Assembly (NCBI GenBank): GCA_951406725.2
Contig: OX597818.1
Span: forward strand, 120,342,001-120,406,000
Origin: Octopus vulgaris
Lineage: Eukaryota
DNA length: 64,000 nucleotides
Direction of reading: 5' to 3'
Under the pieces are notes generated by a model. The model made no database searches. It worked only from the letters and a program-made list of their open reading frames with translations, and had not been told where the DNA came from. Numbering within the stretch: the first letter of the stretch is position 1; the number at the start of each line of letters is the position of its first letter. This document shows positions 13,260 through 24,933 of the stretch, one piece after another. The position numbers and the translations under genes are program-made.

Positions 13260-13630
13260 ATTGCAAGATCCAAGGAGTTAAGGGTAGGAAGTTAGTAAAC
13301 TTCGAGCAGTCTGTTGTAGGTATAAAAAACAACTTTCAGGAACAATAATAGTGCATTGACATAGAAGAATGTAAGCTTTTCCCATATCGAAGTCCGATAA
13401 GCTAATAAAAGTTTTATAGTTCACGGTTAGCATCTGAGGTTGCTATGAATGCGAATAAAAATCCAAATTGAGTGAGCAGAGCAGGTAAAATCCTGGCTAC
13501 ATATGTTTCCTAGCTTTCAGATCCTCAGAAGTAATAATTACTCAACGAGGGGGTACCCCACTACTTACTCATCAGGCCGAATATACCTTAGTCGAATGAA
13601 GGTTACATTGTCGTTAAGGAATTCCAAGTA
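13260..13630 (-). mobile_element. Penelope-pLTR-like repeat B, copy 1 (carries a hammerhead motif)
   Basis: Homologous to 20545-20875; begins next to a (CATA)n array. Confidence 0.7.
13495..13578 (-). ncRNA. Minimal type I hammerhead ribozyme motif with extended helix II
   Basis: GGC-CUGAUGA-[~60 nt with hairpins]-GAAA-CAUAUG-UA-GCC; palindromic stem III; helix II base imperfect in this copy. Confidence 0.65.
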
Positions 13631-13729
13631 AACTTGCGGAGATATAATTTAAAATGAGTGGTAAAGCCGGAAGAACGGAGTTAAAAGACAAAATAGAAAA
13701 ACACATGTTTGTTCCTGCGACTGCACTCT

Positions 13730-14095
13730 CTGATCAGATAACCTTTTCACCGACGTTGCTGCAAGACTATATTGTGAAGTTTTGGGCGCGACCACATTAC
13801 GAATGAAGTCTTTGAAAGGGTCGTCTTGAGAACTAACAGAATGCCATTGTCATGCGACACGGAAGATGCCTAGCCATATGTTACTCAAGCCGTTGCAAAG
13901 ACCAGTTAGATCCTCTTTCGAGAGGAAACCAGAAAGGGGAGGCGAAGTAGACACATCAAGATCTGAATGGGGACAGTGAAAAAGAGTCAGGCAGATGCGG
14001 ATCTTTTATGGAAGCTTGTTCATGACAGAGCTTGTGACCTTTGCTGGGTAGAGATCTCTCGTTGCTCTAATTGCCATTGGGTGTTGGAAGAACTA
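13730..14095 (+). pseudogene. Decayed RTE-like LINE 3' fragment
   Basis: TFHRRC.. and DHITNEV remnants in shifting frames. Confidence 0.45.
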
Positions 14096-14099
14096 GCAC

Positions 14100-14279
14100 A
14101 CATATGCGCGTGCACATGCGTACGCATACATACATAACAACATAATGCATATATACGTACGTACATACATACACACACATACACACACACATACATACAT
14201 ACATACATACATACATACATACATACATACATACATACATACATACATACACCAAGCATTTATATTAAGATATACATTT

Positions 14280-14326
<47 letters not shown>

Positions 14327-14830
14327 CGTACATACATACTTACATACACACACACACACACACATACATACATACATACATACATACATACATACATACA
14401 TACACACATGCATACATACGTACATGCATGCATGCATACATACATACATACATACATACACCAGGCATTCATATTCAGATATACATTTACACATACACAC
14501 ACACATACACATATACATATACACATATATATACACACACACATTATACACCCACATATATACATTTACACATATCTCCAGACAACAAAGATGACATTGA
14601 CAACGAAGACTTAAATTCATTCATTCTCCTCACTCCTGCCATTTTCTTTCCTTTTCTTAGCTCACACATTCACTCATTCATTCACTACTCTATTCATTCA
14701 TTCACTCATTCACTCACTCAGAAACACATTCATTAACTCACTCACTCATTCATTCACTCACTCACTCACTCACTCACTCACTCACTCACTCACTCACTCA
14801 CTCACTCACTCACTCACTCACTCACTCACT
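14100..14830. repeat. (CATA)n/(CA)n/(TA)n/(CACT)n field with a local duplication (14241 and 14461 units)
   Basis: Direct reading. Confidence 0.9.
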
Positions 14831-15244
14831 CTCATCTGTTCTGTTATATATTCTGTCTCTCATTCATTTCTCTCAAATCCTCATTCAGTTGTTATAGTCG
14901 TATCATCATTTTCAGTCATTCTTAGTTATTCTTATACATTTCTTTATTCTTATTCGTTTACTCATAAACTCATTCTATCCTTCATTCGTTCGCTCACTCA
15001 TTCACTCACACACTCTCTCTCTCTCTCTCCCTCTTTCATCTCTGCGTCCCTCAGATTATTTACTCATTCAATCATTTCACTACTCAATCGTTTAACCATT
15101 ATTTATTCAACCACACATTCTTATTCTCAATGAATCTCTCAGAAATTCAATGAGCCCTTCATTCCTTTACTCACCCTCTCAACTACACACTCGTCTAGCC
15201 ACATCATGAAATCCAACTCATATTTCATATAACTAACACATACA

Positions 15245-15735
15245 ACCCACCACAAGGTCCAGCCCTTGCTGAGGTGTCGTAGCTGGTGTACCTCAATGAC
15301 CCCCGAGTGTTATGCCAGTGAAGTGCAAAATCCTTGTAAGGCCTACCATACTGAACAAGTCAAAGGATAGAAGCCAGACTAATATGAGCCGCCTCTTCCC
15401 ATGGGTAAAAATGGATTTGCAAAGGATCAACGACCCCACCTACTAAAAAACAAAGTTACAAAAGCATCTATGATAACTCATAACCAGCAAGACGGGGAAG
15501 AGAAAGGCTTTCCCACACGTACACGTCAGGCTCTGGCCTGGAACCCAGGAGGGAGGCGGGAGAGAGAGAGAGTTCTCTAAAAATAGCAGGAAGCGAGTTA
15601 ATGAGGCAGAGCTGAAAAACGGGTATCCATCTGGAGAGAAGCAAGAAAGACATCTCAGAATCAAGAACAGTAAGGAAAAGTCGCAGATAGCCTATACTCC
15701 ATAAGGAACGAAGGACTTCGGTAAAGTAGCTAGTT
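15245..15735 (+). mobile_element. Internally deleted non-autonomous RTE (5' UTR fused to ORF end)
   Basis: 5' part cctcaatgacccc..caagtcaaaggatagaagccagactaa resembles an RTE 5' UTR; 3' part encodes TRQALAWNPGGRRER..NEAELK, typical of an RTE C-terminus. Confidence 0.6.
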
Positions 15736-16230
15736 AATACATATCACAGACGGATTTTTTTTAAGAATCAGATTATAAGCCAGTCCTTAAAAGAATATTG
15801 ATTTTGATTTCCATTAAACAAACTTTGTAGTACTTCAGGTACAATAAAAATCTACCATTACCATCTATCCTGCGTGGTTTTCTAATGTCATCCTAATTCA
15901 AACTCTCGGACTCTTTAAGATCAGTTCATACTGTTGAAAATGTTGGACCAAGCGCTGGTCAAGAGAAAAATCTACTCTTCCATGCTTGTTTTGTTAACAG
16001 GAATCGTCTGCTTGCTCTTGAGGTATCAGTAGTGAGTATATCCAAGAAAGCGATCACAACTGGATAGTTAATGGCTCGAACCCCTTGAAACAATTCCGGA
16101 ATCTGAATCATTAGCTAGCGCAAACTCTCGCATTCTTCCTTAATTCGGAACTGCTGCTCTTCTACACTCGAATGTTTCAGGTCACGAGTGGCCCAACTGG
16201 GAATGCTGCTCCACTTATGACATACCAAAG

Positions 16231-16790
16231 TAGTACTTACTTACTTGTACTTGTGGCGACATTCACCCTGGGCGGGTTGAGTCGGCTTCTTCTACCACCC
16301 TCGAGGCATCTCGAACCATGGCAGCCCACGCACGACGGTCCTGCGCCAGTTCACTGGAAAAAGCGAGCCAGTCACGGTTCCATCGGCGCAGGCCGACCAC
16401 CTGCGGACCCGTGAGCACGGAGAGGTCCTCCTTGATCGTCGTAGCCCAGGTCTTCAGCTGCCCGCCCGCGCATTTCCGCCAGTTGGGAACTGGAGTTGGG
16501 AGAAGGACATCACGGCTCAGTTAACCCACCGGACGCCTACATGCATGGCCAAACCACCGCAAGCGCCCTGCAGAAGGACAGATAGAAGGGGCTGAAGAGA
16601 CAGGCGAAGTCGGAGATTGGCGGTAGAAACTCGATCCACCCGACGGCAGCGAAGAATGCACCGGAGGCAGTCATTGTCGAAGACTTCCAGCCTTCGTTGA
16701 TCGACCACCCGCATAGGCCACGTTTCACAGTCATAGAGAAGTACTGTACGAATGACGGCCTGATATATTCGCCCTTTGGTCACCGATGTG
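16231..16790 (-). mobile_element. 5'-truncated RTE-clade LINE 3' end
   Basis: KGRIYQAVIRTVLLYDCETW..LEVFDNDCLRCIL..RRLRWFGH..GGQLKTW..LAQDRRAW; short tandem-repeat tail caagta/agta at 16231-16253. Confidence 0.88.
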
Positions 16791-17084
16791 ACCAAAGTAG
16801 TGGTTACAGATAATCTCAAGATCTTGGTTTCATCTTTTTCTCTCTTTACAATAAAAGTCTAAAAAGAAACAAAACATGACTGTATACAAAATCAGTAACA
16901 ATAAAACACTGAATTCATTAATTATACCAACATAGATAGCTCCCAACTCAAAGCAAAATTCAACCATTGTATCTTTTTTTAGCCCTAGGACTAGTGTGGA
17001 CAGTCACCTGGTTTCCAAGGTGTATAAGTAACCGAGATCGCAACATTTCCCTTGAACGGAATGCTGGTCCGTTGCAGTGTTTAA

Positions 17085-17281
17085 GACGAGCAGTTTGAGG
17101 AGAGGGGACTAGTCGATTACATCACCTCCGGTACTTGACTGGTACTTTACTTTATCGACCTTGAAAGGACGAACGGCAAAGTTGACCATGGCGATATTTG
17201 AACTAAGAGCGTAAAGAATCAGAAGAAATGCTACTAAGCATTTTGTCCAAAGTGTCATCGATTCCGTCAGCTTGCCGCCTT
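17085..17281 (-). mobile_element. SINE family 1, diverged copy
   Basis: Homology to 103-322. Confidence 0.75.
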
Positions 17282-17769
17282 AACCACTACATCTGAGTAA
17301 CTGGAAATTTTTTCTGTCTTTTCCTCTTTCATACTTCAATTTCAATTCTATTTTCGACAATCCACCAATCTTAAAAACTCACTTCTCCAGCTTCTTCCGA
17401 AGTAGGCCAGTGACGCCAGTTCTGTCTTATCGCTCTTTCTGCGTCATGTGACAGTCAAATTCCGCCTCCACAACGAATACTGGAATTTAAAGTAAGGACA
17501 ACAGAACTCTAGTATCTACTCTTAGAGATCAGTTTACTCTTTACTAAGCTCAAGTAACACGCAGACACGTCGGTGGATTGCTCCCATATGTGATATGTGA
17601 GACAATGCATGCTGCTAACTGCTGCATATACAAACACTCTAAACTGCATAAACAAAGAGGCAGTCTAGCTGATTCAGTAAAAATTTATTCACCAGCACAT
17701 TATGACTGGCTTTCTTAGAAAGATTATGAGATTGATTCACTGCTTACTGCGCTATCGAACCAGCGAAGA

Positions 17770-18112
17770 AGCCACTACTTAGTCGCTGTACCTGTTAGAA
17801 ACAGCCGCCATAACTTCTTCATAGAATTAAATATTTTTTTTTTAATGAAACACTTGTTTAACTGTCTTTTTAAAGAGGTCACATTAGATAATGTATTCCT
17901 ACATACACTGTGTTGAAAAAATTGGGAAGGTCACGGCAGAGCGCCTTTGATCATAGGTTTAACCGATCAATAAACTTTTTTTAAAGGTCACATTGAAAGT
18001 ATATACTCCCGGTTACACTGTGTTCTAAAAGAATCGGGATGGCCATGTTTAAGCACCGTTGATTTAAGGTTTAATGAATCAGAGCTGGCCTAAAACTAAA
18101 CAACACCAACAA
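17770..18112 (+). repeat. Old ~220-bp interspersed repeat ending in (CAA)n (representative, partly duplicated)
   Basis: Pattern ctgctagaaatagcagccaaat..cacattggataat..tttgatcatagg..ctaaacaacaac recurs near 19100, 38150, 41700, 48200, 52900, 54840, 58790 and 63480. Confidence 0.65.
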
Positions 18113-19322
18113 TTCATTTTTTTTTTCAGATATAGCATACGTAAGACCATTCTCTCCCGTTTGTCTTCCAGTTTTATATATAAACGACAATATATAACGA
18201 TTGAATTACGATTTGACTTATATTTCTCGCAGGTCTGGTGACTACATAGAGATTTCCTCTTTGACTATTCTCTCCCAAACTTTTCTTTCTGAGTTACCAA
18301 CAGAAGTTCGAAATAAGCATCAGCCTCATCAACCCTGTCAACACAGGTCGTGGTTACGAAGATCATGAGTTTTGTCACCTCGTCCTCTGCTTGATTAATA
18401 TATATACGTAATAGTATATATATGTAATCGACTTAATACCAATGTCTGTCCTTGTTTGTCCCCTCTATGTTTAGCCCCTTGTGGGTAGTAAAGAAATATA
18501 AATATACGTAATAGTGCTAAAAACACAGAATATCTCAGCAGTAGACAAAAATCGTCCACATAGAAAACCAAAATACTAGGAACTAGCACTGTGTACTGTG
18601 GGCGATCTAGTCGACTGGCCACCTCCCCGAAAATTTCGGGCATTGTGCCTAGAGTAGAAAAGAATGTTATATTCTTTGTTGATAACATTCCTTCTTAGGC
18701 CCCTAATTTTTCCAAACAAACTATAAAGCGCACAAAATAGTTTAATTCCCAACCACAAGATCACTTTACAACGTAGCAAAACACTGAAAATATTACCTCA
18801 GCATGCGAGAGGCACTGCATATTGCTGCAGAAAGTCTAATTCTTATAGGTCTTCACACCGTATGTATAATGACCTTAACTCCTTGACACACCTATGAAAC
18901 CCTCCTTAGAGCAATATCTCTCTCGCTCATGTCCAGACAAATCTTAAACAAAAATACAAAATTACTTGCTGCGTCAATAATCTCATTAGCTTAAACCCTG
19001 TGATGAGACTCTAGTAACAAGTGCAGATAAACAGTTACTACTATGCACCGACTTAGTCTTCTAAGTCTAGTAGTTCTGGCCCTCAGCAGAAACCTAGTGA
19101 TCTTCTATATGGTTACTCGATCTGCTAAAATTAGCAGCCAGATCTCAACCGAACTACATTCACTCTACTATTTGAAAATAAAGAATGCACAGGACAGACG
19201 GAGTCGTAGATAACTATGCCTGAATAAAATACCGAATGACCACAGCTAGAATACTTTTGGTCAGAAGTATTATCAATGAGAATGATACTAATATTAAACA
19301 ACAACAGCATCAATAACAACAA

Positions 19323-19353
<31 letters not shown>

Positions 19354-19689
19354 AACAACAACAGTAACCACAACTACACTAACTAATAACGAACCATTAA
19401 AGAGGCACTTTAGAAACAATAGCGAGATTTCCTGTTAGAAACAATAGCCAAATTTCCGTCAAAATAGACCACATCGAGAAAAATATGAAATGGACATCAA
19501 AAAACGAATTTGAAAATGAAACCGAAACTGACTGCATTGCGGACCGCTGCAAAATCAGGTCATCCGTTTTATAGTTTCAGTATTAAAGTGAAAGTATCTG
19601 ACATTACAATAGAGAGATGTTATTGTTTCCCTTTTGACACGTAATACTGATATAGTGGAGAAGATATGATATTGCTGTGGGCTCGCACT

Positions 19690-19830
19690 AGGCAAGAAGT
19701 TAGAACTTTTTTGGCCTATGACACTACATGGACCCTAAGTAAGGCATGTGTAAAATTTGAATTAAATTGGTTGTGTAGTTCTCAAGTTTTAGGTATTCAT
19801 ACAGACACACATTCTCATCTTTATATATAG
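19690..19830 (-). mobile_element. Probable non-autonomous Helitron 5' end
   Basis: Minus strand starts TCTATATATAAAGATGAGAATGTGTGTCTGT, the same style as 53781-54146; no CTAG 3' end found. Confidence 0.4.
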
Positions 19831-20105
19831 ATAGATAGATATAGATGTAGATAAATATGTAAATATATACATACATATATGTACATACCTACATATATAT
19901 GTATATATACATGCATATATGGATACAGGACATTAAAAAAATGTTGAACACAATGAGAAACGAAAAGTTCAAAACAAAAACATAGAAAACGAACTTTTTT
20001 TCGAACAACGAAAAAAAACGGAGAAACGAGACATGCAACATAAAGAATATTCCCCTTCATCAGTTGTCTCTGTTTCATCTACTCTGCGTTTCGAAAGTAA
20101 TACAT

Positions 20106-20194
<89 letters not shown>

Positions 20195-20400
20195 AATTAG
20201 GGTATCTACGAGATACCACCATGCTGAAAATAGCAGCCATGATCTGACTTTAAAACCACCTTAATTGTCCATATATCAACACAGAGAGAAAACAAAGAGA
20301 CAAGATGAAACTAGCAAAAAATTACTGGATAATTCTAGATCCAGATTTCTGACTTTGCATTTATGAATGCTTTGCCTCGTCAGTAGAATACACACAGAAG
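20195..20400 (-). mobile_element. Penelope-pLTR-like repeat A, copy 1
   Basis: Inverted homolog of 21400-21610; contains a hammerhead motif. Confidence 0.75.
20332..20389 (-). ncRNA. Minimal type I hammerhead ribozyme motif
   Basis: AUUCUA-CUGACGA-GGC AAA GCAUU CAUA AAUGC AAA GUC-A-GAAA-UCUGGA-UC-UAGAAU: 6-bp stem I, intact CUGANGA/GAAA/UH core, one extra A before GAAA. Confidence 0.75.
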
Positions 20401-20454
20401 AGAAACGTAAACACTTGATAAATCGTTATTTTATTTTTAAATTAACAATCTTAT

Positions 20455-20506
<52 letters not shown>

Positions 20507-20544
20507 CACATACATAAACACACACGTGTGTGTGTGTACAAGTG

Positions 20545-20955
20545 AGATCCAAGGATCAAGGTATAGGCAGCTAGTGCGCTTCGGGCAATCCGTAGAAGAA
20601 ATAAATTTTTGGGCGGAGAATGTTGTGAGTTTTCCCCGTAACGAAGTACGATAAGCTGAAAAAGTTAATTTCATAGTTCACGGTTAGCAACAGAAGTTGT
20701 ATATGCGAATAATCATCTAAAAATTAGGGAATGGAGTAGATAAAATCCAGGCTACAAATGTTTCATAGCTAGTGGAACCTCGGAGGTAGTAAATTATCCA
20801 AACGAGGGGCAAGCTACTCATCAGACCAAAGTTACCTTGATTATAGGAAGTTTACATCGCTGCTAGGAGATCCCGTGTTAACTCGTTGGGGATTCGATCG
20901 AAATGAAACATATGTATCCTGGATTTTATCTACTCCATTCCCAAATATTTTGGTT
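20545..20955 (-). mobile_element. Penelope-pLTR-like repeat B, copy 2, with a partial inverted copy at 20905-20955
   Basis: Homologous to 13260-13630; gaaacatatgtatcctggattttatctactccattccc is the inverse of 20727-20764. Confidence 0.7.
20750..20827 (-). ncRNA. Minimal type I hammerhead ribozyme motif with extended helix II
   Basis: GGU-CUGAUGA-GUAGC..CCUCG..CGAGG..GCUAU-GAAA-CAUUUG-UA-GCC. Confidence 0.7.
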
Positions 20956-20962
20956 ATATATA

Positions 20963-20990
20963 TCTCTTATATAAAACCCGTTCTGTGTGT

Positions 20991-21034
<44 letters not shown>

Positions 21035-21200
21035 CTACTAGCATCTCGGGCATTCTCCATCCGATTGCGCTCAATTTTGGTATGTAGATACCGACGGTAT
21101 CAGGGCGTGTATAAGCCTTGAAAAAAATTACAAAAATCGATTCCAGGTGAGAATGCGATCGATAAAGCCATGAGAAATCGTTTTTCTTTGGAATAGAGAA
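20963..21200 (+). mobile_element. Probable non-autonomous Helitron 5' portion
   Basis: TCTCTTATATAAAA, then (GT)n, then ccgattgcgctcaattttggtatgtag; 3' end not found. Confidence 0.4.
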
Positions 21201-21399
21201 AAAGTTTATCGTTATTTCTTCTTTTGCTGGTGTCTCAAATTTAGGTTAAATTAGTGTTTCTCAAAGGGGAGGCCTATGGGACGGTCGGACAAGTTGTTTT
21301 GAGAAAATTTGGTTTGAATGTTTGACAACTCAGCACCATCCATTGGACGGGAGGGGGCGTTTTGCTCGTATACATACATATTTGTATTTATGTACCCAT

Positions 21400-21610
21400 C
21401 TGACATACTCAATTGACGAAGGCAGAGCTTATTTGAAGCAAAGTCAGAAATCCAGGATCTTGAATTATCCAGTAAAATGTTTTTTACTAGTTTATTTTGT
21501 CTCTCTGTCTTATCTCATGGCGCGATATGAATATTTAAGGTGGTTTTTAGGATCAGGGTTCTGACTGCTATTTCGGCATGGTGGTATCTATCAGATACCC
21601 TTATTTGTAG
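21400..21610 (+). mobile_element. Penelope-pLTR-like repeat A, copy 2, with a degenerate hammerhead at 21407-21465
   Basis: UCAA-UUGACGA-A-GGC..GCUU..AAGC..GUC-A-GAAA-UCCAGGA-UC-UUGA; C3 mutated to U. Confidence 0.7.
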
Positions 21611-21775
21611 TTATATATATATGTGTATATATATATATACAGATCTCAGAATTAAACAGCCGAAATCTGCGATGAGGAATCGGTTTCTGACTGAAGAACG
21701 AAGGCTTTGAATGACCCGTCTGTCTCTTATGTTCGCCCCTTCGTGTATTTCACGTTATTTATATATGTAAAGGTT

Positions 21776-21820
<45 letters not shown>

Positions 21821-22084
21821 GCATACACATATTTAAGTTTCAAGGTAAACTGTTACTGTTTACACACACACACACACAGATGTTATGTGTATACAAGATA
21901 TTTACTAGTGTAACCTAAGCCGAAAAAAAAAGTCAAAAAGTCAAGCTACATATGTATCACTTGCCGGACACGTATCACAGATTACACGAAGTATATCTGT
22001 TATTTTTCGTCAAAATTAATACTTGTCTAGTTTGAAATTTGTTGTGTATATATTCTGTGTGTATGTTTCAAACGCAGTATCAGC

Positions 22085-22212
22085 TACAGTACGCATGCGC
22101 CGACTTGATAATCAAATATAAAGGACCAGAGAAAGGAATGGCGGCTGTATTTCTTTTCTACACAACAATAAAATCAACGATTCCCTTGACTTCCGATAGA
22201 TTCAAGTGAGAC
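22085..22212 (+). promoter_or_regulatory. Candidate Pol II promoter/first exon
   Basis: TACGCATGCGC (NRF1-like), TATAAAG, AATGGCGGC (YY1-like, contains an ATG), then AA|GTGAG donor-like site at 22206. Confidence 0.3.
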
Positions 22213-22428
22213 GACTTTACTTTTGTTGTTACTATAACTGTTACAATTGCTATTGCTGCTACTACGGCTATCATTGTTGTTAGTGGTATTGGTTCTCAGG
22301 AATGGAAAGCAATATTGTAATAATATGTAGCGTTGTCATGGTAGTCATTCTGCTTGGTTTCTATATTGCCAGTGGATGGCATAGTCTGTGCAGAAAAGTG
22401 TAGCAATTGTTATAAGAGAATGAGAATG

Positions 22429-22848
22429 GGGTCTTTTCGGTTTGACCGGCAGTTTTTTTTAATAATTTCCTCGTAACTAAAAACTTTTAAACTTCGTATA
22501 CTGGTAGAATGTGTTTATAAAACATCTTTTTCTCTTGACTTTATTGAGGAAATTCTATAGTTTGTAAGATATTTGTTGTTTTTTTCTTCTTCAATTTCTG
22601 CAATTTCAACCAATCAATGACGTCTATTGAGGTAAAAAAGCATTCTGTGCCGTATGAATATGTCCCTCGTTTAAGAAACAGATTGGGTTTATTTACATTT
22701 CTGAAGAAAAAAAGATACCCTTCCCCCACCCCCAACCCTAACCCTAAAACAGATTGAAATGTAATAGATCGATACTAAGGTCATAATTATGGGTGACAAT
22801 TTCATATGACACCGCTAGAAAAAACTGCCGGTCAAACCGAAAAGATCC
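22429..22848 (+). mobile_element. Merlin-like MITE
   Basis: Same TIRs and body as 5387-5813; degenerate TSD TGAGAATG/TCGGAATG. Confidence 0.88.
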
Positions 22849-23104
22849 TCGGAATGAACTGAAACAAACTATTTTCTCATAAACCACAAACATAAAATAT
22901 AAAATTTTTACAATAGCTATTTTTGTACCATACTTAATGTAGATACACCACTGAAAGGCAAATAACTGCGGTATTCGTCCGGAGAAACTATCATACAAAA
23001 AAACAACAGCAGCAGACGAAATTAGTCAAGTAACGGTGGCGAAAATTCTAGATGTTCATTTCTGTTGATTCTGGCCGCTTGCCGCCTTCTCAAACCCAAA
23101 TAAT

Positions 23105-23270
23105 ACTGATTTCAAATTTTTGCACAGAGCCAGCAATTTCAGGGTTGGGAGTAAGTCCATTCCATCGACCCCTGCACTCGGTGGAATTTCAACTCAAAGC
23201 GTAAAAATGGACAAAATGCCTCTTAGCACTTTGCTCGGCGTGCTAACGATTCTGCCAGCTCGCCGCCTTC
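23105..23270 (-). mobile_element. SINE family 1, internally deleted copy
   Basis: Head aggcggcgagctggcagaatcgttagcacg on the minus strand. Confidence 0.65.
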
Positions 23271-23611
23271 TTTCACACAAATAATAAGAATAAGTCATCA
23301 GGTGCCATTTTAAAATTTGCAGCTGTTCTAGATTCTACTCAAAAGTCAATTGTTATAAAATGCAATAAATAATAAAGATGTTGACACTTAAATTGATTCA
23401 GGAAGTATAGAATATTGTATTCACACATCTTTTGCTATTAAATGAAGTTGGCTATTAAATCTACTTGTATAGTTATTACGACTTCTTCGACATAGAAGAA
23501 AGTAATTAGAGGTTTACAATGTGATATTATTCTCAAGACAAAATGTATTAGAATATCAAACTTTCAATGGTAGGCGATCTTTGAACAAGTCTGATTTAAA
23601 TTTTAGATCTT

Positions 23612-24043
23612 GGATCTTTTCGGTTTGAACGGCAGGCAGTTTTTAAAATAATTTCCACGTAACTAAAAACTTTTAAACTTCGTATACTGGTAAAATGTGT
23701 TTATAAAACATCTTTTTCTCTTGGCTTTATTGAGAAAACTCTATAGTTTGTAAGATATTTGTTGTTTTTTTTTCTTCAATTTCTGCAATTTCAACCAATC
23801 AATGACGTCTATTGAGGTGAAAACATTCTGTGCCGTATGAATATGTCCCTCGTTTAAGAAACAGATTGGGTTTATTTACATTTCTGAAGAAAAAAAAGAT
23901 ACCCTTCCCCCCACCCCTAACTCTAACTAACCCTAACGCTAAAACAGATTGAAATGCAATAGATCGATACTAGGGTCATAATTATGGGTGACAATTTCAT
24001 ATGACACCGCTAGAAAAAACTGCCGTTCAAACCGAAAAGATCC
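23612..24043 (+). mobile_element. Merlin-like MITE
   Basis: TIRs as above; TSD TAGATCTT/TAGATATT. Confidence 0.9.
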
Positions 24044-24360
24044 TAGATATTAAATACAATGGTATTTTAGATGCCGTCTCAATCTGTGGCTTAACAACTA
24101 TGTTTATAAGCTCGATTCAAATTTTTTAAGTTTTGATATTCAGAAAGGGATAAACAATGCAAAGATGCGTAGCACCCTCTGGATGGCCGTTAATACAAAC
24201 GCGGTAACTATATTATCACAATGTGATGCAGGACTAGAAATTTTAATTTGAAATCGAGGTATGTGAAAAATTTACGTGTTCACATACAATATATATATTT
24301 AGTTTAGATTCTGTTTTCGTCATCTATGGTGAAGTTCTTACAATTGCTAGTTAGTGGTAG

Positions 24361-24395
<35 letters not shown>

Positions 24396-24409
24396 AATAT
24401 ATAGATATA

Positions 24410-24600
24410 CTCTTTCACTTGTTTCAGTTATTTGACTGTGGCCATGCTGGAGCACCGCCTTTAGTCGAGCAAATCGACCCCAAGACTTATTCTTTGTAAG
24501 CCTAGTACTTATTCTATCGGTCTCATTTGCCGAACCGCTGAGTTACGGGGACGTAAACACACCAGCATCGGTTGTCAAGCGATGTTAGGAGGATAAACAC
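24410..24600 (-). mobile_element. SINE family 2 (CORE-like), 3' half
   Basis: Reverse complement of 25250-25425, followed by the internal microsatellite. Confidence 0.85.
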
Positions 24601-24651
24601 ACACGCAAACATACACACATACATACATACATACATACATACATACATACA

Positions 24652-24683
<32 letters not shown>

Positions 24684-24688
24684 CATAC

Positions 24689-24749
<61 letters not shown>

Positions 24750-24933
24750 TATATAAGCTACACTTTGCACGAACATCATAAATAACAGATGAAACAGTGT
24801 GTAACAGATCTTTTTTTGCCTTGTGCATGAAACATCAGACGCTCTGTTTTCAACTTATCTACAAGAACGTTGCTGGCGCAGAAACCCATGAAAACGACGC
24901 GTTCAAGCAGTTTTTGAATCATGTTAGACATTA

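Noticed and set aside
20040-20097. Minus-strand CGAAAC..GUA..CUGAUGAAGGGG, a possible type II hammerhead
   Set aside because: No stem I pairing and only weak G-U stem II; kept only as a pLTR-like stub
21650-21710. AGCCGAAA..CUGAAGA..GGCU permuted hammerhead-like motif
   Set aside because: The cleavage position would be G and the spacing to helix II is wrong
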